NCBI GenBank assembly: GCA_028286945.1
Contig: JAQBQR010000005.1
Coordinates: 1 to 60,754 of the forward strand
Origin: Parcubacteria group bacterium
GTDB taxonomy: Bacteria > Patescibacteriota > Minisyncoccia > Phycocordibacterales > Phycocordibacteraceae
Length of the DNA stretch: 60,754 nucleotides
Reading direction: 5' to 3'
Below the pieces are notes generated by a model that saw only the letters and a program-made list of their open reading frames with translations, had not been told where the DNA came from and did not search any database. Position 1 is the stretch's first letter, and each line of letters opens with the position of its first letter. The position numbers and the translations under genes were made by a program. Below are positions 10,189-18,620 of the stretch, piece after piece.

Positions 10189-10617
10189 ATGTTATTCCCT
10201 AAAAAAGTAAAACATCGCAAGTGGCAGACCGGACGTAAGTCTCCGGAGAAGCTCGCACGTCCTGATACCCGTGGTATTACGCTTTCTTTTGGTTCTTACG
10301 GACTTAAGGCAACGACTCCACACCGTGTTACCTCAAACCAGATCGAAGCTGCTCGTAAGGTTCTTACTCGCGCTACCGGTAAGGGAGGAAAGATGTGGAT
10401 CCGTATTTTCCCTGATCGTCCGGTAACGCAGAAGCCAGCTGAAGTGGGCATGGGTAAGGGTAAGGGTGATCCAAAGCACTTCGTATTCGAAGTACGTCCA
10501 GGACGCATCATGTTTGAAGTTGATGGTGTGGATGACGCTAAGGCACGCGATGCACTTCGCCGCGCCGGATCAAAGCTTCCCGTAAAGACGGTCATCATAA
10601 CCCGCTCACAGGCATAA
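10189..10617 (+). CDS. rplP: 50S ribosomal protein L16
   Basis: MLFPKKVKHRK start and the motif RMGKGKG-like (GMGKGKGDP). Confidence 0.95.
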   Translation: MLFPKKVKHRKWQTGRKSPEKLARPDTRGITLSFGSYGLKATTPHRVTSNQIEAARKVLTRATGKGGKMWIRIFPDRPVTQKPAEVGMGKGKGDPKHFVFEVRPGRIMFEVDGVDDAKARDALRRAGSKLPVKTVIITRSQA

Positions 10618-10621
10618 ACGT

Positions 10622-10816
10622 ATGAAAAAGATTTCACTAAAAGAAAAGACCGTAGAAGACATGACAAAGATGCTCGCTGAAAAGCGTGAGGAGCTTCGCG
10701 GACTTCGTTTCTCAGGCCTTAGCGGACGCGTCAAAGATTCACACGCTCCTAAGAAGCTTCGCGCAGAGATCGCTCGTGTCATGACGGAGATCGGAGCACG
10801 TAACAGCGCTGCATAA
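10622..10816 (+). CDS. rpmC: 50S ribosomal protein L29
   Basis: 64 aa, with L29-like ELRGLRF and operon position. Confidence 0.9.
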   Translation: MKKISLKEKTVEDMTKMLAEKREELRGLRFSGLSGRVKDSHAPKKLRAEIARVMTEIGARNSAA

Positions 10817-10826
10817 TTTTACTACC

Positions 10827-11102
10827 ATGGAAAACACCACTTCAAAGCCCCAGACATTCCGCGGAACCGTTGTTAAGACGGCCATGACTGACACGGCTAC
10901 CGTTGCCGTATCACGTTACGTCATGCACCCTAAGTACAAGAAGTACCAGAACCGTACGAAGAAGTACCAGGTACACGATGTAGGGAACACGGCTAAGGTT
11001 GGCGACCAGGTCACCATCGTTGGTGTTGCACCTGTTTCAAAGCTCAAGCGTTTCGCGCTTAAGTCCGTCGACGTTAAGTACGTAGCCCCCGAAGAGGCAT
11101 AA
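10827..11102 (+). CDS. rpsQ: 30S ribosomal protein S17
   Basis: FRGTVVKTAMTDTATVAVSRYVMHPKYKKY is S17-like. Operon position fits. Confidence 0.92.
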   Translation: MENTTSKPQTFRGTVVKTAMTDTATVAVSRYVMHPKYKKYQNRTKKYQVHDVGNTAKVGDQVTIVGVAPVSKLKRFALKSVDVKYVAPEEA

Positions 11103-11129
11103 CTCATCTAATTACTAACCTACAACTGT

Positions 11130-11507
11130 ATGCTTCAGACCCAATCAATCGTCACCGTCGCAGATAACTCAGGCGCAAAAGTTGCGCGTATCTTCAAGGT
11201 GCTTGGTGGATCAAAGCGCCGCTACGCTCAGATTGGAGATGTGGTTGTGGTTTCTATCCAGACAGCAGAGCCTCGCAAGACCGTTAAGAAGAAAGACATT
11301 TTCAAGGCCGTGGTTGTTCGCCAGAACAAGACGTTCCGCCGTGCAAACGGTTCGTACGTACGCTTCGACGACAACGCCGTTGTCCTCATTGAGAAGCAGG
11401 GTAAGGAAATGGGTCCTAAGGGTAACCGCGTATTCGGACCAGTGCCTCGCGACCTTATCGAAAAGGGTTGGCAGAACATTGCGTCTATCGCACCTGAAGT
11501 CGTATAA
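11130..11507 (+). CDS. rplN: 50S ribosomal protein L14
   Basis: MLQTQSIVTVADNSGAK N-terminus. Confidence 0.96.
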   Translation: MLQTQSIVTVADNSGAKVARIFKVLGGSKRRYAQIGDVVVVSIQTAEPRKTVKKKDIFKAVVVRQNKTFRRANGSYVRFDDNAVVLIEKQGKEMGPKGNRVFGPVPRDLIEKGWQNIASIAPEVV

Positions 11508-11518
11508 CTTTTTTACTT

Positions 11519-11830
11519 ATGAAAATGAAACTCAAAAAAGGCGACAACGTAATGGTTATCTCAGGAAAGGATAAGGGTAAGACCGGTGTTATTGCGCACG
11601 CATACCCAGAGACCGGAAAGGTGATGATCGAAGGTGTTGCTATCTACAAGCGTTCACTTCGTGCACGTCAGGGAGTAGCAGGTGCCATCGTTGAGAAGCC
11701 TCGTCCTATCGACGCTTCAAACGTTATGTTCATGGACCCTAAGGAAAAGAAGCCAACGCGTATTGGTCGCCGTGTTGAAGACGGAAAGCTCGTACGCTTC
11801 GCAAAGAAGAGTAGCTCAACGCTCTCGTAA
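11519..11830 (+). CDS. rplX: 50S ribosomal protein L24
   Basis: KOW motif KKGDNVMVISGKDKGKTG. Confidence 0.93.
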   Translation: MKMKLKKGDNVMVISGKDKGKTGVIAHAYPETGKVMIEGVAIYKRSLRARQGVAGAIVEKPRPIDASNVMFMDPKEKKPTRIGRRVEDGKLVRFAKKSSSTLS

Positions 11831-11850
11831 TCTCGCTAACTTATTTACGT

Positions 11851-12384
11851 ATGATGATCACCGAACAAAAGAATAAGAGCGCCTACGAGACCCTCAAGGG
11901 AACGTTCAACTACCCAAACGTCATGGCTTCAGCGAAGCTCACGAAGATCGTTGTCTCAAGTGGTGTTGGAAAGGCGAAGGATAAGAACCGTAACAAGCTC
12001 GTTCAGGAAAAGCTTGCACGTATTACCGGACAGAAGCCAGCTCAGCGCGTAGCTAAGAAGTCTATTGCAGCCTTCAAGTCTCGTGAAGGTGATGTTGTTG
12101 GTTTCCAGGTAACACTCCGTGGTCAGCGCATGTACGAGTTTCTTGATAAGCTCATCCACATCGCTCTCCCCCGTACGCGTGACTTCCGTGGTCTTACAAA
12201 GACCGCCATCGATGAAATGGGTAACTACACCATCGGTATCCGCGAGAACTCAATCTTCCCTGAGACTTCAGAAGAAGATCTTAAGGACGTCTTCGGCCTT
12301 GCAATCACCCTCGTGACCACCGCAAAGACCAAAGAAGAGGCAGAAGCGTTCCTCCGCCACCTCGAGCTTCCAATGAAGCCATAA
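11851..12384 (+). CDS. rplE: 50S ribosomal protein L5
   Basis: LPRTRDFRGL and GNYTIGIRENSIFPE are L5-like. Operon position fits. Confidence 0.95.
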   Translation: MMITEQKNKSAYETLKGTFNYPNVMASAKLTKIVVSSGVGKAKDKNRNKLVQEKLARITGQKPAQRVAKKSIAAFKSREGDVVGFQVTLRGQRMYEFLDKLIHIALPRTRDFRGLTKTAIDEMGNYTIGIRENSIFPETSEEDLKDVFGLAITLVTTAKTKEEAEAFLRHLELPMKP

Positions 12385-12401
12385 CACAGGAAAAGAAGTC
12401 A

Positions 12402-12441
12402 GAAAGAGGCCCTCCGCGAAAGCCGGAGGGCCTCTTTCCTT
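12402..12441 (+). terminator. Intrinsic terminator after rplE
   Basis: 15-bp stem gaaagaggccctccg / cggagggcctctttc followed by a T-rich tail. Confidence 0.7.
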
Positions 12442-12516
12442 GTCCACAATATAAAAGCGCTTTTCAAATAAAAAAGCTAGTATTAGCGAATAGCCAGTGC
12501 ATATAACAAATAACCT

Positions 12517-13188
12517 ATGGGAATTGAAAGTGGAAATAAAAACGTAAATGGAGCCGATACTACCGAGCGCACATATGCGGACTTATACGATGATGAATTG
12601 CATGCTCCATCAATTGCTGCTGCAGAGCAAGCTCTCGAACCCTCCGCAGAAACGGTTGATACAAGTTTTGCTGACCTCGCAGGCAGTGTAGAAATTTCTC
12701 CTGCTGCTCCACTAAGTCCCGAGCGTAGAGAGGAAGTACTAGAGCAAATTGAACATGAGGAAGGTCGTCTAGGTACTAATCTTCAAACGCATGCAGAAGT
12801 AGTATCTGCTGCAGAAGCACGCCTAGACGCTTCCGCGCCCGAAGCGAGTGCTTCTAAGAAACTACTTACCTATGCGCAGGTTGGTGAGCTATACAAAAAA
12901 GCTAATGACCGCGTAAATAAGATGTTCTATGGGGGAATGATCGGAGCAGGAGCTCTCATGGCCACAGGTGCGGCGATAGGAGCGTTCGAAGGCGGACCCC
13001 AAGACCCATTCATGGGCCCAGATGCTGCTCAAAAAGCTCAACACATTCTGGAAATTGGAAAGCATGCGCTGGAGAGCGGATCTTTAGTCCTGGTCGGAAC
13101 AGTCGCAGCAATCGCCATCGCTAAGACTATGAACTGGCTCAGGAAGCGTTCTGGGGAAAAGGCATCTTTTAATCCACGAACTGCGTAA
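12517..13188 (+). CDS. Hypothetical protein with acidic N-terminal half and C-terminal TM segments
   Basis: 223-aa ORF with hydrophobic stretches MFYGGMIGAGALMATGAAIGAF and LVLVGTVAAIAIA. I recognise no family. Confidence 0.5.
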   Translation: MGIESGNKNVNGADTTERTYADLYDDELHAPSIAAAEQALEPSAETVDTSFADLAGSVEISPAAPLSPERREEVLEQIEHEEGRLGTNLQTHAEVVSAAEARLDASAPEASASKKLLTYAQVGELYKKANDRVNKMFYGGMIGAGALMATGAAIGAFEGGPQDPFMGPDAAQKAQHILEIGKHALESGSLVLVGTVAAIAIAKTMNWLRKRSGEKASFNPRTA

Positions 13189-13193
13189 TTGCT

Positions 13194-13385
13194 ATGGAAC
13201 TCCAACAACTCATCAATAAGGCAAATACTGAGGAACTTACTCAAGAAGAACAAGAAGAGTTATTTACAAAGATTAACGAAGAACTCTCGGCGCTAAAGGA
13301 AAAGGATCCTGAAAAGTATCTAGAACTCCTGAAGCAGCTCAATTCAATGATCGAGGACCTCAATACTGATATTGAAAGTCTGTAA
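13194..13385 (+). CDS. Small acidic coiled-coil-like hypothetical protein
   Basis: 63 aa, Glu/Leu/Lys-rich. Starts 5 nt after the preceding stop. Followed by a terminator. Confidence 0.4.
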   Translation: MELQQLINKANTEELTQEEQEELFTKINEELSALKEKDPEKYLELLKQLNSMIEDLNTDIESL

Positions 13386-13412
13386 GATTCAGAAAGAGAC
13401 GCTAAAACAAAA

Positions 13413-13444
13413 ATCCTTGACCCTTGTCAGGGATTTTGTTTTAC
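13413..13444 (+). terminator. Intrinsic terminator
   Basis: 9-bp stem atccttgac / gtcagggat followed by TTTGTTTT. Confidence 0.6.
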
Positions 13445-13476
13445 TTGGCGCAGTACAGCACGAAGGGAACAGTGGC

Positions 13477-13800
13477 ATGAACATGAACGATGGGGGCCGC
13501 GGAAGCGCCATATGGGCCTCGAAGCAAACGGCGGAAGCACGTGCTGGGGGTCCGTGGAAGTCGACTGAAGCTTGGCCAATCTGCATGGCGCAGGTTACTG
13601 GCCAAATCGATTTTGCGTCGAGCCAGGGTGCGAGCGAGGTGTTGTTCTACACCTATTTCGATAGGAACGATTTGGTTGCGACCGCCCAGATCCAGGCCGG
13701 GCTTGAAAGTCTGGGGTATGTCGCCAACTCGGCAGGCTTCAATCGCGGCGGTGGAGTTTGGGGCCTGTCTTTCAGGATTTCCTGGCCCGCCAAGAAATAA
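13477..13800 (+). CDS. Hypothetical small protein (G+C-rich island)
   Basis: 107 aa from ATG 13477, preceded by gaaggga. Three overlapping long ORFs occur here, and this frame is the least Arg-biased. Followed by the hairpin gcggctccac...gtggagccgc. Confidence 0.45.
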   Translation: MNMNDGGRGSAIWASKQTAEARAGGPWKSTEAWPICMAQVTGQIDFASSQGASEVLFYTYFDRNDLVATAQIQAGLESLGYVANSAGFNRGGGVWGLSFRISWPAKK

Positions 13801-13932
13801 GCGGCAGATGCGCGGCTCCACTCATTTAGAGGGTGGAGCCGCTTAACGCTATTAGAATGCTCTTTATTTTATCTGAAATCTGACGCACCCTCGGTACGTT
13901 TTGTTTGGTACTAATCTAAGGAGGAGTTAGAC

Positions 13933-14355
13933 ATGAGCCACTTACAAACAGCCCTTTCGAGGGCAGCTAAGCATGCACAAAGGGTCGCAAAGGGACGTAC
14001 CGCCTTTGAAACGCACGACATGCAAGGCTTCCCGATGGAATACGCGCATTTCCATGAAGTATTCCATTCGGCGTGGTACGAACTGATTATGGCCGCAGCC
14101 GCAAAGGGAATGACCGGATGCTCGCTCCCACTTAGCTATCCGAACCCGCGCAAGAATGAGCTTGCACTTATGAAGCAGCTAATCAAGGTGTACGCGCATT
14201 CCTTTTTCAGTGAGAGCGGCTTTCGAATCGTTGGATTCGGGCAGTGGGAGACGATTCGGGAATTTGAGGTAGGGAGTACCTCTGAAACCGAATCAGCAAC
14301 TATCGCATCGATACAAACGACAATTATGATCTCGTGGAGACAGCCCAAGAAGTGA
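13933..14355 (+). CDS. Hypothetical small protein (G+C-rich island)
   Basis: 140 aa. Strong SD taaggagg 8 nt upstream of the ATG. Followed by the terminator gacccgcgc-tagcaa-cgcgggcc plus TTTTT. Confidence 0.55.
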   Translation: MSHLQTALSRAAKHAQRVAKGRTAFETHDMQGFPMEYAHFHEVFHSAWYELIMAAAAKGMTGCSLPLSYPNPRKNELALMKQLIKVYAHSFFSESGFRIVGFGQWETIREFEVGSTSETESATIASIQTTIMISWRQPKK

Positions 14356-14500
14356 AGCAAATGGACCCGCGCTAGCAACGCGGGCCGTTTTTATAGCTTA
14401 ATTTACAAAATGGGGGGCGAAACGGGTGCCTTCCGGAGACGCGCGGAAGCGTGCAGGCCTCGAGATGAGCACGTCGAAGGAAGGCACCCGTGCAGCCTGT

Positions 14501-14529
14501 TTGACAGCCTATTCCCTTACTGATACATT
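14501..14529 (+). promoter_or_regulatory. Sigma70-like promoter restarting the operon at rpsN
   Basis: TTGACA, 17-nt spacer, TACATT, located ~30 nt upstream of the rpsN ATG. Confidence 0.45.
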
Positions 14530-14559
14530 GTTTAAACGCTCCCCGGAGCTATTTTTCGT

Positions 14560-14829
14560 ATGGCAAAAGCCTCACAAATCGCCCGCAACCAAAAGAAGGT
14601 TACAACCGTCGCTAAGTACGCTGCAAAGCGTGCGGAGCTTCTTGCTGCAGGTGATTACATTGGCCTCCAGGCACTTCCGAAGAACGCATCTCCTGTCCGC
14701 ATCAAAAGCCGTTGTGCCATTACTGGCCGCAGCCGTGGATATATGCGTGATTTCGGCCTTTCTCGTATTATGTTCCGCGAACTTGCCCGTGAAGGTAAGA
14801 TTCCCGGTGTAAAAAAAGCATCATGGTAA
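14560..14829 (+). CDS. rpsN: 30S ribosomal protein S14 (long, non-zinc type)
   Basis: 89 aa. [26 protein letters not shown] is S14-like. Only one Cys, so no CxxC pairs. Confidence 0.93.
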   Translation: MAKASQIARNQKKVTTVAKYAAKRAELLAAGDYIGLQALPKNASPVRIKSRCAITGRSRGYMRDFGLSRIMFRELAREGKIPGVKKASW

Positions 14830-15215
14830 CAGACCGCGTTGGAGATTTCATAATTCGCCTTAAGAATGCCGGTGCTATCGGCAACACTACGGCCACAGCT
14901 CCACACTCAAAGCATATTGAAGACATCGCGAACAAGCTTAAGGAGCTTGGATTCGTTGAGCGCGTTGAAGTTACCAAAGACATGCCTCGCATGATCGAAG
15001 TAACGCTCGCCTACGATTCTGGTGGAAAGCACAAGATTCATGACGTGAAGCGCGTGTCTAAGCCAGGTCGTCGTCTCTACGTTGCAAGCCGTGACGCACA
15101 CAGTGTGAAGAATGGTCTTGGCGCAGCGATCATCTCAACGCCCAAGGGTATCCTCGCAGATAAGGAAGCTCGTAAGATTCACCAGGGTGGTGAAGCACTC
15201 TTCGAGATCTGGTAA
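14823..15215 (+). CDS. rpsH: 30S ribosomal protein S8
   Basis: [14 protein letters not shown]-terminus and [10 protein letters not shown]-terminus. Overlaps rpsN by 7 nt. Confidence 0.95.
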   Translation: MVTDRVGDFIIRLKNAGAIGNTTATAPHSKHIEDIANKLKELGFVERVEVTKDMPRMIEVTLAYDSGGKHKIHDVKRVSKPGRRLYVASRDAHSVKNGLGAAIISTPKGILADKEARKIHQGGEALFEIW

Positions 15216-15233
15216 TCGTTATATTTTCGTACT

Positions 15234-15767
15234 ATGTCCCGCCTAGCAAAGAAACCTATTCAAGTATCATCTAAAGTCAGCATTGAAAGTGCTGGTGGGA
15301 TGCTTACCGTAAAAGGTCCAAAGGAGACTCTTACAAAGAGCATTCACTCTTCAATCTCTATTGCCGTAACGCCAGAAGGAGTAATGGTTACGCAGGCTGA
15401 TAACTCACGCCTCGGACGCGCTCTTGTGGGAACATACGCAGCGCACGTTCGCGCTATGCTCGCAGGCGTTGAAACACCCTGGAAGAAAGTGCTTCAGCTT
15501 AACGGAGTTGGATACAAGGTTGAAGTTCGCGGTACGGACATCGTTCTTAACGTTGGATTCTCACACCAGGTAGTACTCGCGATTCCTGAAGGACTCACCG
15601 TTACCGTTCTTAAGAACACCATCACCATCGAAGGAGCTGATAAGCAGCGCGTTGGACAGTTCGCTGCAGAAGTTCGCGACGTGAAGCGTCCTGAACCATA
15701 CCTTGGAAAGGGTATTAAGTATGACGACGAAGTTATCCGTCGTAAGCAGGGTAAGAAGGCCGTATAG
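15234..15767 (+). CDS. rplF: 50S ribosomal protein L6
   Basis: MSRLAKKPI start and PEPYLGKGIKY motif. Confidence 0.95.
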   Translation: MSRLAKKPIQVSSKVSIESAGGMLTVKGPKETLTKSIHSSISIAVTPEGVMVTQADNSRLGRALVGTYAAHVRAMLAGVETPWKKVLQLNGVGYKVEVRGTDIVLNVGFSHQVVLAIPEGLTVTVLKNTITIEGADKQRVGQFAAEVRDVKRPEPYLGKGIKYDDEVIRRKQGKKAV

Positions 15768-15784
15768 GTCTTACGTAAAATACT

Positions 15785-16135
15785 ATGACTAAAATTGCAC
15801 CATCAAAGAATGACAAGCGCCTAACTCGCCACAAGCGTATTCGTTCAACGATCATTGGTACAGCCGCACGTCCTCGTCTCGCGGTATACCGTTCAAACCG
15901 TTTCGTATCCGCTCAGCTTATTGATGACGACAAGGGTCACACAATCGCTTCCGCACACGGCCGTGAATTCAAGGGTGCTCAGTCTGCACAGGCTGCTGCT
16001 GTTGGAAAGGTAATTGCAGAGCGCGCAAAGGCAGCAGGTGTTACCACCGTTGTGTTTGACCGTGGCGGCTACTCATACGCTGCGCAGATTCGCGGCCTTG
16101 CTGACGCTGCACGCGCAGGCGGACTCGCATTTTAA
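15785..16135 (+). CDS. rplR: 50S ribosomal protein L18
   Basis: RPRLAVYRSNRFVSAQLIDD and FDRGGYSY motifs. Confidence 0.95.
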   Translation: MTKIAPSKNDKRLTRHKRIRSTIIGTAARPRLAVYRSNRFVSAQLIDDDKGHTIASAHGREFKGAQSAQAAAVGKVIAERAKAAGVTTVVFDRGGYSYAAQIRGLADAARAGGLAF

Positions 16136-16149
16136 TACCTTACTTATTT

Positions 16150-16821
16150 ATGACTGACACCGTAATCACTCCCGAGACCGAAGTTGAAGCAGTTGCTGCC
16201 GTTGAAACGGTGGAGGCACCTGTTGAAGCGCCTGCGGTTGAAGAGACTGCTCCCGTAGCAGAGGCTACTCCTGCACCTGCTGAAACAGCGGCAGCACCTA
16301 CGCGTGACTCTCGTGGTGGCGCACGTGGTGATGGTCGTCGTCCCGGTGGACGTCCTCAGCGTTCTCGTGAACGTGCTCCTCGCGAGCGCAGCGAGTTCGA
16401 CCAGGTAACCCTCGACGTACGTCGTGTGGCCCGCGTTATGGGTGGTGGTCGCCGTTTCTCATTCAGCGTTACGGTTGTTATCGGTGATAAGAAGGGTCGC
16501 GTAGGTGTTGGTCTTGGAAAGGGGGCTGATACCGCACTTGCTATCGACAAGGCTGTTCGCGCCGCAAAGAAGAATCTCATCACCGTGCCTCTTACGAGCA
16601 ACCGCTCAATCGAGCACAATGTTTCTGCAAAGTACTCATCTTCAACGATCGAGATCATTCCTTCACCAGGTCGCGGACTCGTTGCTGGTTCAGCAATGCG
16701 TACGGTTCTTGAGTACGCCGGTGTTACTGACATCATCGCAAAGATCCAGACTCGTTCAAAGAACAAACTCACTATCGCCCGCGCTACGGTTGAGGCTCTT
16801 AAGTCACTCCAAACTCGTTAA
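16150..16821 (+). CDS. rpsE: 30S ribosomal protein S5 with ~80-aa acidic then Arg/Gly-rich N-terminal extension
   Basis: Core VRRVARVMGGGRRFSFSVTVVIGDKKGRVGVGLGKG. The extension reads TPETEVEAVAAVETVEAPVEAPAVEE...RGGARGDGRRPGGRPQRSRER. Confidence 0.94.
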   Translation: MTDTVITPETEVEAVAAVETVEAPVEAPAVEETAPVAEATPAPAETAAAPTRDSRGGARGDGRRPGGRPQRSRERAPRERSEFDQVTLDVRRVARVMGGGRRFSFSVTVVIGDKKGRVGVGLGKGADTALAIDKAVRAAKKNLITVPLTSNRSIEHNVSAKYSSSTIEIIPSPGRGLVAGSAMRTVLEYAGVTDIIAKIQTRSKNKLTIARATVEALKSLQTR

Positions 16822-16832
16822 GCTACACTTTT

Positions 16833-17291
16833 ATGCAAATCAACACTCTTAAAGCCGCTACATCTCGCATCACCAGCGTACGCGTCGGACGCGGAAGTAC
16901 TCGCGGTAAGAACTCTGGCCGCGGTAACAAGGGTCAGAATTCTCGTGCTGGTCACAAGAACCGCCCAGAGATGCGCGATCTTCTTAAGAAGATTCCAAAG
17001 CGTCGTGGTTTTGGTAAGAACCGTTCACGTACGGTAAAGCCACAGATTATCTACACTCCCGTAAACCTTACGAAGCTTGAGGCAACATTTGCAGCAGGGG
17101 ACATTGTAAACCCAGTAGCACTTATGCTTAACGGACTTGTTCGCTCACGCGGTGGCTACATCATTCCGGTAAAGATCCTTGGAACAGGTACCATCACCAA
17201 GGCACTCACCATCGTGGATTGTGAATTCTCACAAACCGCCAAGGCAGCCGTTGAAGCTGCAGGAGGTTCATTCGGTACCAGTAAAAAATAA
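16833..17291 (+). CDS. rplO: 50S ribosomal protein L15
   Basis: RVGRGSTRGKNSGRGNKGQNSRAG motif. Follows rpsE directly with no rpmD between them. Confidence 0.94.
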   Translation: MQINTLKAATSRITSVRVGRGSTRGKNSGRGNKGQNSRAGHKNRPEMRDLLKKIPKRRGFGKNRSRTVKPQIIYTPVNLTKLEATFAAGDIVNPVALMLNGLVRSRGGYIIPVKILGTGTITKALTIVDCEFSQTAKAAVEAAGGSFGTSKK

Positions 17292-17294
17292 ACC

Positions 17295-18563
17295 ATGTTT
17301 GAAAACTTCTTTCACAAAGTCGGGATCATACTAAGCGATCGCGCTTTGCGAAAGCGAATTCTCTTTATCGTCCTCGCTATCGCGATCTTCCGTTTCGCGT
17401 CAGCTATCCCTGTACCTGGGGTAAACCACGCTGCGCTCGCACAGTTCTTCGGCGCTAACGCGTACCTTGGTCTTCTCTCTGTCTTCTCAGGAGGCGGTCT
17501 CAACACGATCTCGATTGTGCTTCTTGGTGTTACTCCGTACATCACGGCTTCAATCATTATGCAGCTCTCAACGGTTCTTTTCCCAAACCTCAAAGAGATG
17601 TACCAGGAGGAAGGGGAAGTGGGACGCGCACGTTTCATCGCTATTTCTCGCTACATCACGGTACCCATCGCTATTCTTCAGGCCGTTGCCTTCCTCTCAC
17701 TTCTCCAGCGTGAAGGTATTCTTCTTCCACTTTCACACCTCCAGCTCGTAACTGACGTGCTTGTGGTGGCCGCAGGTTCAATCTTCCTTATGTGGATTGG
17801 TGAACTCATCACTGAGTTCGGTATCGGAAACGGTGTATCGCTCATCATCTTCGCTGGTATCGTTGCGCGTATTCCTTCAGGCATCGCACAGTCACTCTTT
17901 ACTGCCTCAAGCGCAAACATTCCTGCATACATTGGCTTCGTAGCACTCGCTATTGCGGTGGTATATGCCGTGGTTGTGGTGGCTGACGCAGAACGCTCTA
18001 TTCCTATTGCATACGCTCGTCAGGTGCGTGGTGGTTCCGCTGGAGCCCCAACATACCTTCCAATCCGCCTTCTTCAGGCTGGAGTTATTCCAATTATCTT
18101 CGCGCTTTCGCTTCTTCTCTTGCCACAGCTTTTGATTAGCGGACTTTCAGCACTTCATGTATCTGCTGCAGCAGGATGGCTCGTGGGGTACCAGTCATTT
18201 TCAAACAACACCTGGTTCTACAGCGCCGCGTACTTCATCCTTGTGGTGATGTTCACCTTCTTCTATACCGCTATCACCTTCGAACCACATCGCATCGCTG
18301 ACAACCTTCAGAAGTCAGGTGCCTTTGTGCCAGGAGTACGTCCAGGGCGCGAGACAGAAGGGTACATCGGTAAGGTAGTGAACCGCGTTACACTTCCCGC
18401 CGCTCTCTTCCTTGGTATCGTTGCGGTCATTCCGTTCATCATAAAGGCACTTACGGGCGTCTCAGCTATCCTCGTCGGCGGTACGGCACTTCTCATTGCC
18501 GTGCAGGTTCTTCTGGACGTTATCCGAAAGGTGGATGCGCAGGTTTCACTTCGCGAGTATTAA
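17295..18563 (+). CDS. secY: Preprotein translocase subunit SecY
   Basis: 422 aa with 10 hydrophobic helices. SVFSGGGLNTISIVLLGVTPYITASIIMQL is SecY-like. Position after rplO. Confidence 0.95.
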   Translation: MFENFFHKVGIILSDRALRKRILFIVLAIAIFRFASAIPVPGVNHAALAQFFGANAYLGLLSVFSGGGLNTISIVLLGVTPYITASIIMQLSTVLFPNLKEMYQEEGEVGRARFIAISRYITVPIAILQAVAFLSLLQREGILLPLSHLQLVTDVLVVAAGSIFLMWIGELITEFGIGNGVSLIIFAGIVARIPSGIAQSLFTASSANIPAYIGFVALAIAVVYAVVVVADAERSIPIAYARQVRGGSAGAPTYLPIRLLQAGVIPIIFALSLLLLPQLLISGLSALHVSAAAGWLVGYQSFSNNTWFYSAAYFILVVMFTFFYTAITFEPHRIADNLQKSGAFVPGVRPGRETEGYIGKVVNRVTLPAALFLGIVAVIPFIIKALTGVSAILVGGTALLIAVQVLLDVIRKVDAQVSLREY

Positions 18564-18620
18564 AAGTTAGAAAGTTTTCAAACAATTAGTGTACTGGGCT
18601 ATGCCTGGTACACTTTTTGC

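Noticed and set aside
14426-14812. 128-aa ORF overlapping rpsN, and a long hairpin (gggtgccttcc 14424-34 / ggaaggcaccc 14478-88) as a possible ribosomal-protein leader.
   Set aside because: The ORF is out of frame with a well-supported S14 gene. The hairpin lies upstream of the predicted rpsN promoter (-35 at 14501), so it is more likely a terminator or insulator of the inserted island than an rpsN leader. There is not enough evidence to call it a regulatory RNA.
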